This document shows, one piece after another, positions 39,730 to 49,092 of a stretch of DNA of 64,000 nucleotides; positions within the stretch are counted from its first letter, which is position 1; every line of letters starts with the position of its first letter. The notes under the pieces are model-generated. The model saw only the letters and a list, made by a program, of their open reading frames with translations, ran no database searches and was not told the origin of the DNA. This stretch comes from Candidatus Iainarchaeum sp. (GTDB lineage Archaea; Iainarchaeota; Iainarchaeia; Iainarchaeales; UBA10219), in contig JAGVWE010000002.1 of the NCBI GenBank assembly GCA_018304425.1, forward strand, positions 224,001 through 288,000, read 5' to 3'. Position numbers and translations under genes: made by a program.

Positions 39730-40262
39730 GCGACGTGAAACGCATGTTCGTCGCCGTCAACCTGCCGGCGGAAATCAAGAAAGGCATTCACGAAAAACTG
39801 GTGCAGGCCATCCCGGCCGGCAAGGCCAGGCCAGTGGAAACGGAGAACCTGCATGTGACGCTCAAGTTCCTTGGCTATTTGCACCCCGAGAAACTGGCCG
39901 AAGTCAGGGAAAAGCTGCAGGCGCTGGCGGCCGTGAAAAAGTTCGAAGTCGGACTCGCGGGCATTGGGGAGTTCGGGGGCCGCGTGGTCTGGCTGGGCGT
40001 CTCCAAGGGAGGCGAGGAAATGAAGGCCTTGAGCGACAAACTCGACGAACTCCTGCAGGTGAAGGACGACCGCTTCCACGCCCACGTTACCCTGGCGCGC
40101 AACAAGGAACTGAAGGCACCGGAAGTCAGGGAACTGCTGGCAGCCCTCGAAAAAGAGGGTTGCAGCTGGTCGTTCAAGGCCGAAAGCGTGGACGTCATGG
40201 AATCCGTGCTGTCGGCCAAGGGCCCGAAGTACGCGCTGCAGTTCCGGCAACCGCTTGAATGA
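39726..40262 (+). CDS. thpR: RNA 2',3'-cyclic phosphodiesterase (2H family)
   Basis: RMFVAV and two HxT motifs (HVTLKFLG, HVTLAR). Confidence 0.92.
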   Translation: MSDVKRMFVAVNLPAEIKKGIHEKLVQAIPAGKARPVETENLHVTLKFLGYLHPEKLAEVREKLQALAAVKKFEVGLAGIGEFGGRVVWLGVSKGGEEMKALSDKLDELLQVKDDRFHAHVTLARNKELKAPEVRELLAALEKEGCSWSFKAESVDVMESVLSAKGPKYALQFRQPLE

Positions 40263-40274
40263 GAAACGTTTATA

Positions 40275-40298
40275 TATGTGATATCACATAGTTATGTG
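40275..40298. promoter_or_regulatory. Antitoxin operator candidate
   Basis: Perfect palindrome TATGTGATATCACATA (40275-40290) plus a third TATGTG half-site, overlapping the TTTATATA box. Confidence 0.6.
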
Positions 40299-40309
40299 GG
40301 TGATAGCTT

Positions 40310-40531
40310 TTGAGTAACATCACGTTATCGGTTCCAAACGAAATCCACAAGGAAATGAAGCAGTACTCTGAAGTCCGCTGGAGCGAGGTGGCCCGGAAGG
40401 CCATTACAGAAAAGCTGGACGCGCTGCGACTGGCCGACAGGCTCGCCAAAAAAAGCAAGTTGTCCCAGGAAGACGTCGAGGAGTTCAGCAGGAAAATAAA
40501 GGCATTGGCAACCAAGAGGCTCAGGGAATGA
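40310..40531 (+). CDS. RHH-type antitoxin (VapB-like)
   Basis: NITLSVP...WSEVARKAI; overlaps the PIN gene (ATGA). Confidence 0.8.
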   Translation: MSNITLSVPNEIHKEMKQYSEVRWSEVARKAITEKLDALRLADRLAKKSKLSQEDVEEFSRKIKALATKRLRE

Positions 40532-40944
40532 ACATTGTCATCGACTCGAATGTTCTCTTCGCCGCCCTTATAAAGGATTCAACCACGCGCAGGCTCATCC
40601 TTGAATTTGACGGCTTCTTCCTCTTCCCCTCCTATATCTTCGACGAAATGGAGAAACACAGAAGCGAGCTCCTGCAAAAGTCCGGGATGACGGCAAAAGA
40701 GTTCGAAACGCTCCTCCAACTCATACTCGCTAAAGTCCTCATCGTGCCAGCCGAGGCGTTCAAGCCCCACGCCAAGGAAGCCCTTAAAATAGTTGGCTCC
40801 ATCGACCCTGACGATTCCGCCTTCTTTGCCTGCGCGCTGGCCTATCCGGGCAGCGTCATTTGGTCGGACGACAAGCGATTGAAAAAGCAGTCCAAAATAG
40901 GTGTCCTCCACACAGTCGAAATTGTCGACCTAATGAGGCGCTGA
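40528..40944 (+). CDS. PIN domain toxin (VapC-like)
   Basis: VIDSNVL, DPDD and IWSDDK acidic PIN motifs. Confidence 0.9.
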   Translation: MNIVIDSNVLFAALIKDSTTRRLILEFDGFFLFPSYIFDEMEKHRSELLQKSGMTAKEFETLLQLILAKVLIVPAEAFKPHAKEALKIVGSIDPDDSAFFACALAYPGSVIWSDDKRLKKQSKIGVLHTVEIVDLMRR

Positions 40945-40980
40945 AGCAGGTTAAATTAATATTTGGCAAAGACCTAGGTT

Positions 40981-42369
40981 ATGGCTATGAACCTGGCCAC
41001 GCTCAAGAAAGCCGTGCTCAAGAAAGTCAAGCCCTCGGCCGAGGAAGTCGCGGCCGAGCGGAGGATGGCCCATGCCTTGATGGAGGAAATCCGCGGACTA
41101 GAGGGCTCGCACGTGGAAGTCATGCTCTGTGGTTCCCTGGCCCGGGAGACCCACCTCAAGGGAGACCGGGACTTGGACCTCTTCGTGTTGTTCCCGGAAA
41201 GCGTGCCCCGCGAGCGTTTCGTGGAAGAAGGGCTGCGCATCGGGAAAACGATTTTCAGGGGGCATCCGTGGGAGGAAGCCTACTCCGAGCACCCCTACAT
41301 CCGGGGGGAAATCCGGGGCTTCGAAGTCGAGGTCGTGCCCGGCTACAAGGTGAAGAGCGCCGAAAAAATCCAGTCAGCCGTGGATAGAAGCCCCTTCCAC
41401 CAGCGATACCTGGAGAAGCGGTTGACGGGCAGGCTGCGGGACGAGGTGCGGCTGGTGCGGCAGTTCCTCAAAGGCATCAAATGCTATGGCGCGGAATTGA
41501 GGTATGCCAGCGTGCCAGGCTATGTCACGGAACTGCTCGTGCTCAAATACGGGTCGTTCGAGGCCACGGTAAAGGCGATGGCTGCCTGGAGGAAAGGCGA
41601 AGTCATTGACCTCGAAAACCACCGCCCCGCCGAAGACGCGCGGAAAAAGTTCGACGCGCCCTTCATCGTGGTCGACCCCGTGGACCGGGAGCGGAATGTC
41701 GCGGCCGCGCTCTCGCTCAACCAGTTCACGCGCATGATTGCCGCGGCGCGCGCGTTCACGCAGAAGCCGCGGTTGAGCTTCTTCTTTGGGAAGAAGGAAA
41801 AAACCTGGCCGCTCGCGAAAGTCAAGGCCATGCTCCAGAAAACCGAGCTGGCCGGGGTGGAGACCGGCTACCCGAAGGCGGTTTCAGATGTGGTGTGGGG
41901 CCAGTTGCGCAGGTTCGGGAAGAAGCTGGCGAACGAGCTGGGCGAGCTGGACTTCAAGGTTTTACGGCATGACGAGTGGACGGACGAGAAGAAACGCATG
42001 TGCTGTTTGTATGAGCTGGAAGCCGCCACCCTGCAAAAGGCGATGACCCGCACCGGGCCGCCTGTCACCGACCAGGCCAACAGCGCGGCCTTCCTGGCGA
42101 AGCACCAGAAACCCTTGTCCGGGCCCCGCATCGAGGAGGGCAGATGGGTGGTCGAGGTCGAGCGGAAGCACACGCAGGCGAAGACGGCGCTAAAGGAACT
42201 GCTGCAAAAGACCAAGGCGAGCGAGCGGGAGGGCCTGCGGCAGGCGCTGGCGAAGAAGACCCGCGTGCTGGATGAGAAAGCGCTTGTTGAATGGTATACA
42301 AAGGATAAGGAATTCGCCGAGTTCCTGACGGAATTCCTCAAAGGCGAAGAAGACTTTTTGGATTATTGA
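40981..42369 (+). CDS. cca: Archaeal (class I) CCA-adding enzyme
   Basis: GSLARETHLKGDRDLDLF, EHPY, VDRSPFH and DPVD...RNVAAA. Confidence 0.95.
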   Translation: MAMNLATLKKAVLKKVKPSAEEVAAERRMAHALMEEIRGLEGSHVEVMLCGSLARETHLKGDRDLDLFVLFPESVPRERFVEEGLRIGKTIFRGHPWEEAYSEHPYIRGEIRGFEVEVVPGYKVKSAEKIQSAVDRSPFHQRYLEKRLTGRLRDEVRLVRQFLKGIKCYGAELRYASVPGYVTELLVLKYGSFEATVKAMAAWRKGEVIDLENHRPAEDARKKFDAPFIVVDPVDRERNVAAALSLNQFTRMIAAARAFTQKPRLSFFFGKKEKTWPLAKVKAMLQKTELAGVETGYPKAVSDVVWGQLRRFGKKLANELGELDFKVLRHDEWTDEKKRMCCLYELEAATLQKAMTRTGPPVTDQANSAAFLAKHQKPLSGPRIEEGRWVVEVERKHTQAKTALKELLQKTKASEREGLRQALAKKTRVLDEKALVEWYTKDKEFAEFLTEFLKGEEDFLDY

Positions 42370-42376
42370 GGAGAAG

Positions 42377-42451
42377 CGGGCCCGGAGGGATTTGAACCCC
42401 CGTCCTCTCGGTCCGAAGCCGAGCGCCATATCCTGACTAGACCACGGGCCC
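42377..42451 (-). tRNA. tRNA-Arg (anticodon TCG), no intron, CCA not encoded
   Basis: GGGCCCGTGGTCTAGTCAGGATATGGCGCTCGGCTTCGGACCGAGAGGACGGGGGTTCAAATCCCTCCGGGCCCG forms a full cloverleaf with A20 and a TTCAAAT T-loop. Confidence 0.95.
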
Positions 42452-43200
42452 TAATATAATGACTCCACGTCCAAAGCCTTATCTAGGATTTGTTTACGCT
42501 GCGCATAGGTCGTATAAGGCGGACAGTGCCCATATTCGCTCCAAATGAGGAATCTACTCAGTTTAGAGGGGTTGGCAAATCCGATGTCTTTAATCCAGTG
42601 CAGTAGGTTCTCAGTCCCAGACATGAGAATACGGTGGTCGGCACCCCAATTTGTGTTTCGGCGTGGAAAAATGTATGCCTGATAGTTAAAGTTCAAAGCA
42701 CTAAGTAATTTTTGAACTCCCTCAAATAGTGGCTTGGAGATAACACTTAGGCCGAGAACGGGATAGCAGTTGTGAGTTTTCCTATATTCCGAATAGCTTT
42801 CTCCTTTTTGACGTTTGAAATGAATGAAACCGTCTGTGTCAAATAACCCCCGCAAAAAACGTTTATAGAATTCTGGGTCGTGCGAATCGAAAATGAACTT
42901 AGGAATCTCGACTATTGCTGATTTGGCGCCAAAAGGGAATCCAAGCGAATGCATGAATGAACATATTTTCTTTCCGCAAATTGAGCATCCGTACGTATTC
43001 CTGGAAGGAAAATACTTAGCGCGGATTTCTTTTTCGAAGACTCGCTGAAACAGGAGGACAATGTGTTCATCGTAATAGGGTCTTTCTTCCACGTGTCCGC
43101 TAATGTCGAGTTCGTAATGGCCGCCACGTCCACGCATATACCCATCCCCCGCATGGATGCCGCAGATTTCGGCCAAGTCCGCGCTCAACTCGAAGCCCAT
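42451..43200 (-). mobile_element. Free-standing two-motif LAGLIDADG homing endonuclease gene
   Basis: LAEICGIHAGDG and FLRGLFDTDG motifs; visibly more AT-rich than its neighbours; no intein splice motifs. Start is 43200 (about 25 nt after TTTAAG) or 43272. Confidence 0.88.
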
Positions 43201-43251
43201 GGAATTATCTGCGTTTGACCCGTTCTTAAAGGCCGGTCGAACGGGTGATTT

Positions 43252-43515
43252 CCGGTGCGAAAGAGGAGTCATAAGGACCCCTCCTTCTTCGTGCAGAGCA
43301 GGTCTGCGAAAGACAAGCCGTCCGAAAAGGGGTTTCCACGGTTGGAGACCTTTGACTCAACGTGATAAAGGTTCAAGCGAACCACCTCCGAAGACGGCTT
43401 GCGGCTTTTGGAGGCATTAAACCCTTTCCACCAACAGGCCGCGTTCGGAGGTGGAAAGGTTTAAGCCGAGAAAAGCCGAGTCGAAGGAGGTAGTGAGCGA
43501 CCTTTATCGCCAGGA
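43252..43515. ncRNA. Unidentified large structured RNA candidate
   Basis: Nested helices: 43257-66/43501-10, 43280-87/43483-90, 43314-22/43393-401, 43331-38/43343-50, 43370-74/43379-83, 43402-09/43471-78, 43417-32/43450-64. Confidence 0.5.
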
Positions 43516-43547
43516 GACCAAAATAGTTAAAGGTTTGGGGCTCCGGC

Positions 43548-44018
43548 TCACGGAGGAGTCAATCGGGCCAGGGCAACCTTGGCAGCCACTGCCACCTGCG
43601 GGTGCTCAGAATTAGATGCCCGGTCGAGAATCTGACGCATGCGGGCAAGAATACTTTCCTCAGCAGGTTTGCCCAACTGCGCCAACCCCCAGGCGGCTGT
43701 GAACTGGACCGGCAGATGGCCGTTACTCAACCCCTCGATCAACTGTTCACGACCCGCAGCGTTACCGAAATGGGCGAGGACGGCAGCAAGATGCACGCGC
43801 CTAGCAGGATCCCTTACATAACGTTTGCGTTGCAAGGCATCAAAAACTAGTTTCTCGGCCCTTTCACGACCAGCTGCGATCAAGGCAGCTGTCGCAGTTG
43901 CCCTCGTTGCTGGACTCAATTGCCCCAAATTATGGATTTCCGACATTAGTGGATGGCTCTCGTGGGGCCAAGGGGGAGCAGCGGCACCGGGTCTAGCAGG
44001 CCTGCGTTCGGGCGACAT
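43548..44018 (-). CDS. HEAT/PBS-lyase-repeat orphan protein
   Basis: Repeats RVHLAAVLAHFG, VQFTAAWGLAQLG and VAVAAKVALARL. Confidence 0.65.
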   Translation of the reverse strand: MSPERRPARPGAAAPPWPHESHPLMSEIHNLGQLSPATRATATAALIAAGRERAEKLVFDALQRKRYVRDPARRVHLAAVLAHFGNAAGREQLIEGLSNGHLPVQFTAAWGLAQLGKPAEESILARMRQILDRASNSEHPQVAVAAKVALARLTPP

Positions 44019-44060
44019 ATACTATCTGGAGTGGACGTGGAATAAATAGGTTTGCCCGGC

Positions 44061-45248
44061 TTATAAAACCTTGAGCCGCTTCCCGACCTTTTCGAAGACG
44101 GCCAGGGCTTGGTTCAAGTCCTTCTGCGTGAAGGCCGCGTTCATCTGCGTCCGGATGCGTGCCTTGTCCTTGGCCACCATGGGGAAAACGATGGGAACCC
44201 CGAAGACGCCTTCCTTGAACAACTCGCGCGAGAACTCCTGCGCGCGGTTGCTGTCGCCCAACATCACGGGAATAATTGGTGTTTGGCTCTTGCCCGTGTC
44301 AAAGCCCAGTTGCTGGAGGCCCTTGCGAAAGAACTCGGTGTTCTTCCAGAGCCGGGGCACGATTTTCTTGTCCCTCTCAAGGACTTGCAAGGCAGCCGTG
44401 CAGGCCGCGACCGTGGCAGGGGGCGCGGAACCACTCAACAGCCAGCTGCGCGACTTGTTGTACGCGTACTCGCAGACCGCTTGAGAGCCACAAGCATAGC
44501 CGCCCATGACGCCAAAGGCCTTGGAGAAGGTGCCGACTTCGACGTCGATTTTGCCGGTCAAGCCAAAGTGATGGGTTACGCCGCGGCCCTGCGGGCCGAG
44601 GACTCCGTCGCCATGCGCGTCATCCACATAGGTAATGCAATTGAATTGCTCCGCGAGCTTCACGATGCCGGGCAAGGGCGCGATGTCGCCATCCATGGAG
44701 AAAACCCCGTCCGTGACTATGAACGTGCGCTTGAAGTTCTTGGACGCGTTCTCCTTCAGGACGCGTTCCAGGTCGGCCACGTCATTGTGCTGGTAAACGG
44801 CTTTCTCGGCCTTTGACAAGCGGATGCCATCGATGATGCTGCCATGGTTGAGCTGGTCGCTGATGACCAAATCCCCTTCGGCGAGGATGGCCGGGAGCAG
44901 GCCCGCGTTGGCGGCGAACCCGGTCTGGAAGTAAATGGCTGAATTCGTGTGCTTGAATTTCGCGATTTGCCGGTCGAGCTTGATGTGCAAGTCCATGGTG
45001 CCCGCAATGGCGGGAACCGAACCCGAGCCCGCCCCATATTTCTTCACGGCTGCTACCGCGGCTGCCTTGACCTTGGGGTGGTTGCTCAAGCCCAAGTAAT
45101 TGTTGGCTGCCAAGAGGAGGACCTGCTTGCCGTCCACCCGGGCGCGGGGCTGGGAAGGGCCCTGGAGCTGCCTACGCGTCCAATAGAGGCCGGAAGCCTT
45201 CAAATCAGCCACTTGCTGGGCCAAAAAGCCTTCGAATGCCGCGTTCAT
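44061..45248 (-). CDS. kbl: Glycine C-acetyltransferase (2-amino-3-ketobutyrate CoA ligase)
   Basis: ANNYLGL, LNHGSIIDG, DGVFSMDG, DDAHG and GTFSKA; adjacent to tdh. Confidence 0.88.
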   Translation of the reverse strand: MNAAFEGFLAQQVADLKASGLYWTRRQLQGPSQPRARVDGKQVLLLAANNYLGLSNHPKVKAAAVAAVKKYGAGSGSVPAIAGTMDLHIKLDRQIAKFKHTNSAIYFQTGFAANAGLLPAILAEGDLVISDQLNHGSIIDGIRLSKAEKAVYQHNDVADLERVLKENASKNFKRTFIVTDGVFSMDGDIAPLPGIVKLAEQFNCITYVDDAHGDGVLGPQGRGVTHHFGLTGKIDVEVGTFSKAFGVMGGYACGSQAVCEYAYNKSRSWLLSGSAPPATVAACTAALQVLERDKKIVPRLWKNTEFFRKGLQQLGFDTGKSQTPIIPVMLGDSNRAQEFSRELFKEGVFGVPIVFPMVAKDKARIRTQMNAAFTQKDLNQALAVFEKVGKRLKVL

Positions 45249-45264
45249 CGAACCCCTCCCGGTC

Positions 45265-46302
45265 TCACTTGCCGTCCACGTGCATGATGATTTTGCCGGA
45301 GTTGCCGGAATTCATCAAGTCAAAGCCCTTCCGCCAGTCGCTGAACTGGATGCGGTGGGTGATGATGTTGGAAACATCGAGTGCCCCTCCCTTGATGAGG
45401 CCCGCCATCTTGTACCAGGTCTCGTACATGCGTCTCCCGGTGATGCCCAAAACCGTTGCCCCCTTGAAGATGATGTCGTTGGGCAGGTCCAGGGCAACCG
45501 GCTCCGAGGGCAAGCCGAACAAGGAGATTCTGCCAGCATCCCGCAGGGCCTTGAAAGCGGATTTGACGGCCGACGGGTTGCCGGAGTTTTCCAACACGAC
45601 TTCGGCGCCCAAGCCATTGGTCTGGTCCTTGATTTCCTTGGCCACGTCGGTTTCCTTTGGGTTGAAGACGTGCTTGGCCCCGATTTTCTTGGCGAGCTTC
45701 AAGCGGTAATCGGAGACGTCGCTGGCAAAGATTTCGGCGGCGCCGGCGGCTTTCGCGACTGCGATGGCCATCAAGCCTGCGGGCCCGCAGCCGAACACGG
45801 CCACGGTTTTCCCCGCGACCTCGGTTTGGAGGGTGGTGTGCACCGCGTTGCCGAGGGGCTCCATGATGCAACCGGCTTCCCAGGAAATGTGTTTGCCGTG
45901 CTTCCAGACGCAGATGTCCGGGACGCTCACGTATTCGGCGAAGCCCCCGTTGGTGTCAACGCCCAAGATTTTCACGTTGCTGCAGACGTGCGCGTTGCCG
46001 GTGCGGCATTGGTAGCAGGCCTTGCAGATGATGTGGCTTTCCGCGGAGACGTGGTCGCCTTCCCGGATGTAAACGACTTCTTCGCCGACTTTCTCGACCA
46101 CGCCCGTGAACTCGTGGCCCATGATGAGGGGTGGCTTGATACGGTTCTGGCTCCACTTGTCCCAGTTGAAGATGTGCAGGTCGGTGCCGCAAATCGAGGC
46201 ATACTTGACTTTGATGAGGACGTCTCTCGGCCCCACGGCCGGCATGTCCACCCGACGCAGGTCGAAGCCGGGAGAGGCATTGGGTTTGACGATTGCTTGC
46301 AT
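45265..46302 (-). CDS. tdh: L-threonine 3-dehydrogenase
   Basis: ICGTDLHI, GHEF, Zn Cys cluster, EPLGNAVHT and GITGRRMYETW. Confidence 0.92.
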   Translation of the reverse strand: MQAIVKPNASPGFDLRRVDMPAVGPRDVLIKVKYASICGTDLHIFNWDKWSQNRIKPPLIMGHEFTGVVEKVGEEVVYIREGDHVSAESHIICKACYQCRTGNAHVCSNVKILGVDTNGGFAEYVSVPDICVWKHGKHISWEAGCIMEPLGNAVHTTLQTEVAGKTVAVFGCGPAGLMAIAVAKAAGAAEIFASDVSDYRLKLAKKIGAKHVFNPKETDVAKEIKDQTNGLGAEVVLENSGNPSAVKSAFKALRDAGRISLFGLPSEPVALDLPNDIIFKGATVLGITGRRMYETWYKMAGLIKGGALDVSNIITHRIQFSDWRKGFDLMNSGNSGKIIMHVDGK

Positions 46303-46499
46303 CTTGTGAATGAAGGATCCCTCCAAAAGGAAAACGAAAAAAAAGTGGTGGTTCTGACTAATCTCGGAGGGCTAAGCTTAAAAACGAAACGGCGGTTGCC
46401 TGAATTAATTCTGTCAATTGACGTGAAAACGAGTGAGTGTGGTTTTTTAAAGCTAATCCTGGAAGAAATAGGTATTTCCTGTTTTTTGGAGGAACGCGA

Positions 46500-46655
46500 A
46501 TGAAGGCCTGCATGAGCTGCAATAAAGAGGTTTCAGGGGACTACCTGGAGTTCAAGTGCCCGAAGTGCTTGAAGTCGACCATGGTCCGATGCGATCACTG
46601 CCGGGTTACGTCCAAGGAATACAAGTGCGTTAACTGCGGGTTTGAAGGCCCTTAA
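46500..46655 (+). CDS. Small Zn-ribbon protein (DUF1610 type, usual neighbour of EF-1beta)
   Basis: Four CxxC pairs ending CGFEGP. Confidence 0.85.
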   Translation: MKACMSCNKEVSGDYLEFKCPKCLKSTMVRCDHCRVTSKEYKCVNCGFEGP

Positions 46656-46669
46656 ACGGGTGCAAGGCC

Positions 46670-46933
46670 ATGGGTTCCAAGATTCTGGTTGTTTTCAAGG
46701 TCTTTCCGGAGGGCCCGGACGAAGTGGCTTCCGTCAAGGAAGGCGTGAAAGGGGTCAAGGCAGGGGAATTCAAGGACCTCAAAGCCGAGCCCCTGGCCTT
46801 CGGCCTCGAAGTCATCAAGGTGGCCTATGTCATCCCCGACAAAACCGATGGCGCCATGGAAGCCCTGGAAACCGCGGTCAAAGGCGTCAAAGGCGTGAAC
46901 CAGGTAGAGGTTGAAGCCGTCACCCTCCTGTGA
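46670..46933 (+). CDS. ef1b: Translation elongation factor 1-beta
   Basis: KVFPEG, EPLAFGL and VEVEAVTLL. Confidence 0.9.
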   Translation: MGSKILVVFKVFPEGPDEVASVKEGVKGVKAGEFKDLKAEPLAFGLEVIKVAYVIPDKTDGAMEALETAVKGVKGVNQVEVEAVTLL

Positions 46934-46972
46934 AGCGGTTTAAATTAGGTTTCGCGGACTAATTCTCTTGAC

Positions 46973-49042
46973 ATGATCAAGCGCGTGCAGTTGCAGAACT
47001 GGCGGACCCACAAGGACTCGGAGTTCGAGTTCAGCCGGGGGACGAATGTCCTGGTCGGCCCGATGGGCGCGGGCAAAAGCTCCGTCATGAGCGGCATCTG
47101 CTTCGCCTTGTTTGGCACCTTTCCTGAAGTCGTGGCCCGAGACCTCAAACTAGAGGAAGTCATTACGTCCAAGCCCCATCCCGCGGAGTACGCGCGCGTG
47201 AAAGTCGAGTTCGATTACGGCGGGGAAGAGTACGCGGTGGAGCGCACGATTCACCGCAAGGGCACCAACGAGGGAAAGCTCTACCGCGCCGGCAAACTGA
47301 TTGCCGGGCCCAAGACCACGGAGGCTACGAAGCGGCTCGAGGAAATCCTGGAAATGGATTACGACCTGTTCTCGCGCGCGGTTTACTCGGAGCAAAACCA
47401 GTTGGACTACTTCCTGCGGTTGAGCGCCTCGCAACGCAAGGAGAAATTCGACGAGCTGCTAGAAATCAACAAGTACGAGCGCGTGCGCGGCAACGCCGTA
47501 AGTGTCGGGAACCGGGTCCGGAGGCTCGCGGAGGACCGGAAGGAGTTCCTGCGGCGGCTGCGCGAGCGCCTCCCCCAAGGGGGCGAGCACGGGCTCCTGG
47601 AAACCAAGAAGAACCTGGAGCAAAAGGAAAGGCAGGCGGCCGAGCAGGCCGGGAAACTGGAGGCCGAGAAAAAGAACGTGCTGGGGTTGGAGAAGAGCGT
47701 GGCTGCGCTCGCCGAGCGGGAGCGGGCCTTCAAGGCGTTGAAGGAAAAGGCCGTCAAGGAACGGGCGCGCGCCACCGAGGCGGCGCGGAACCTGCGGGAA
47801 GTCGAGCGGGAAGCCAGGGGCGTTTCCCTGGAGGCCAGCAAGCAGCGGTTGAAGGAATTGGAGGCGGAGGTCCGACAAGCGCGGGAAAAAGCAGCGGCCC
47901 ACGAAAAGGAGGCAGAGGCCAGGGAGGCGGAGCGCACGGCCCTGTTGCAGGTAGCGGCAGGCAACCAGCGGGAAATCGAGCGGCTGGAGAAGGCCGGCAA
48001 GGCGTTGCGGGAGGCCAAAGCCAACTGCCCGGTGTGCAAGGCCGGCCTCGAAGCCCACGCCAAGCATGCGTTGCTCAAGGAATACGAGGCCGAGGCCCTG
48101 GAATTGGAGCGCAAGAACACTGGATTGAACGAGCACGGCCGGAAGATGGAGCAGGAAAAGCAGCGACTCCGCGGCGAGGCCAAGGAGTGCCTGCGCCGGG
48201 CCGACAGGTGCCTGGAAGAAAAAGGAAGTGTGGAGCGGCAGCTTGTTTCAGTTGAGCGGCTGGAGAAGGCGCGCGCGGAAGGGGTTGAACTCGAAAGAGA
48301 GGCCGCAAGGGCCGAACGGGAACTGGCGGCCATGAAGTTCGACGAGGAAAGGCTGGGAGACGAGCGCGAAAAACTGGCCACGGCGCGGGAGAAAGTGCTT
48401 TCCCTGGAACAGGGGCTGCGTTCGGTCAAGGAACTCGCGCGCGAAATCGGTTTGAGGGTCAAGGAATTCGAGGAACAGAAGAAGCAGGCCGGCGAACTCG
48501 AGGCAGAGGTGACGGCGCTGGAGGCGGTGGCTGGAAAGCTTGCGGTGTTCACGAACGCCTTGAAGGCCACGCAGGCCGAGCTCAGGGAGAGCCTCATCAA
48601 CACCGTCAACGAGGCCATGGCCGACGTCTGGGAAAAGATTTACCCGTACGGGGATTACCGGAGTTGCCGCATTGAAATCCAGGAAGGCAGCTACGAAGTC
48701 ATGGTGCAGGAGCGCGGCGGAAAATGGGTGCGGGTCGAAGGCATCCTGTCGGGAGGCGAGCGGAGCGCCGTGGCGATTACCCTGCGGGTGGCTGTTTCCC
48801 TCGTGCTGGCGCAGAACCTTTCATGGCTCATCCTGGACGAGCCCACCCACAACCTGGACGCGAATACCGTGGAACGGTTCAGCGAGATGATGAAAACGCA
48901 TCTGCCGAGCCTGGTGGACCAGGTGTTTGTCATCACGCATGACAAGCAGATGGAGAAAGCCGCGTCCGCCAGCCTCTACGTGCTGGAACGGGAAAAAGAA
49001 ACCGATGGCGCGACCAAACCCATGCTGGCGCACGCGGAATGA
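46973..49042 (+). CDS. rad50: Rad50/SbcC-like SMC ATPase
   Basis: GPMGAGKS, coiled coil with CPVC zinc hook, LSGGE, ILDEPT and ITHD. Confidence 0.85.
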   Translation: MIKRVQLQNWRTHKDSEFEFSRGTNVLVGPMGAGKSSVMSGICFALFGTFPEVVARDLKLEEVITSKPHPAEYARVKVEFDYGGEEYAVERTIHRKGTNEGKLYRAGKLIAGPKTTEATKRLEEILEMDYDLFSRAVYSEQNQLDYFLRLSASQRKEKFDELLEINKYERVRGNAVSVGNRVRRLAEDRKEFLRRLRERLPQGGEHGLLETKKNLEQKERQAAEQAGKLEAEKKNVLGLEKSVAALAERERAFKALKEKAVKERARATEAARNLREVEREARGVSLEASKQRLKELEAEVRQAREKAAAHEKEAEAREAERTALLQVAAGNQREIERLEKAGKALREAKANCPVCKAGLEAHAKHALLKEYEAEALELERKNTGLNEHGRKMEQEKQRLRGEAKECLRRADRCLEEKGSVERQLVSVERLEKARAEGVELEREAARAERELAAMKFDEERLGDEREKLATAREKVLSLEQGLRSVKELAREIGLRVKEFEEQKKQAGELEAEVTALEAVAGKLAVFTNALKATQAELRESLINTVNEAMADVWEKIYPYGDYRSCRIEIQEGSYEVMVQERGGKWVRVEGILSGGERSAVAITLRVAVSLVLAQNLSWLILDEPTHNLDANTVERFSEMMKTHLPSLVDQVFVITHDKQMEKAASASLYVLEREKETDGATKPMLAHAE

Positions 49043-49064
49043 GCTGGCGGCATGTTTAAATATA

Positions 49065-49085
49065 TGTAGCTACACCGTATATACG
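49065..49085. promoter_or_regulatory. Tandem palindromes at the toxin-antitoxin promoter
   Basis: TGTAGCTACA and CGTATATACG directly after TTTAAATATA. Confidence 0.45.
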
Positions 49086-49092
49086 TGGTCGC

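Noticed and set aside
43252-43515. Assignment of the structured element to RNase P RNA, SRP RNA or a group I intron
   Set aside because: Only partial look-alikes (GAGGAGUC; CAGGUCU...AAGC) were found, in the wrong context. Left unassigned pending a covariance search.
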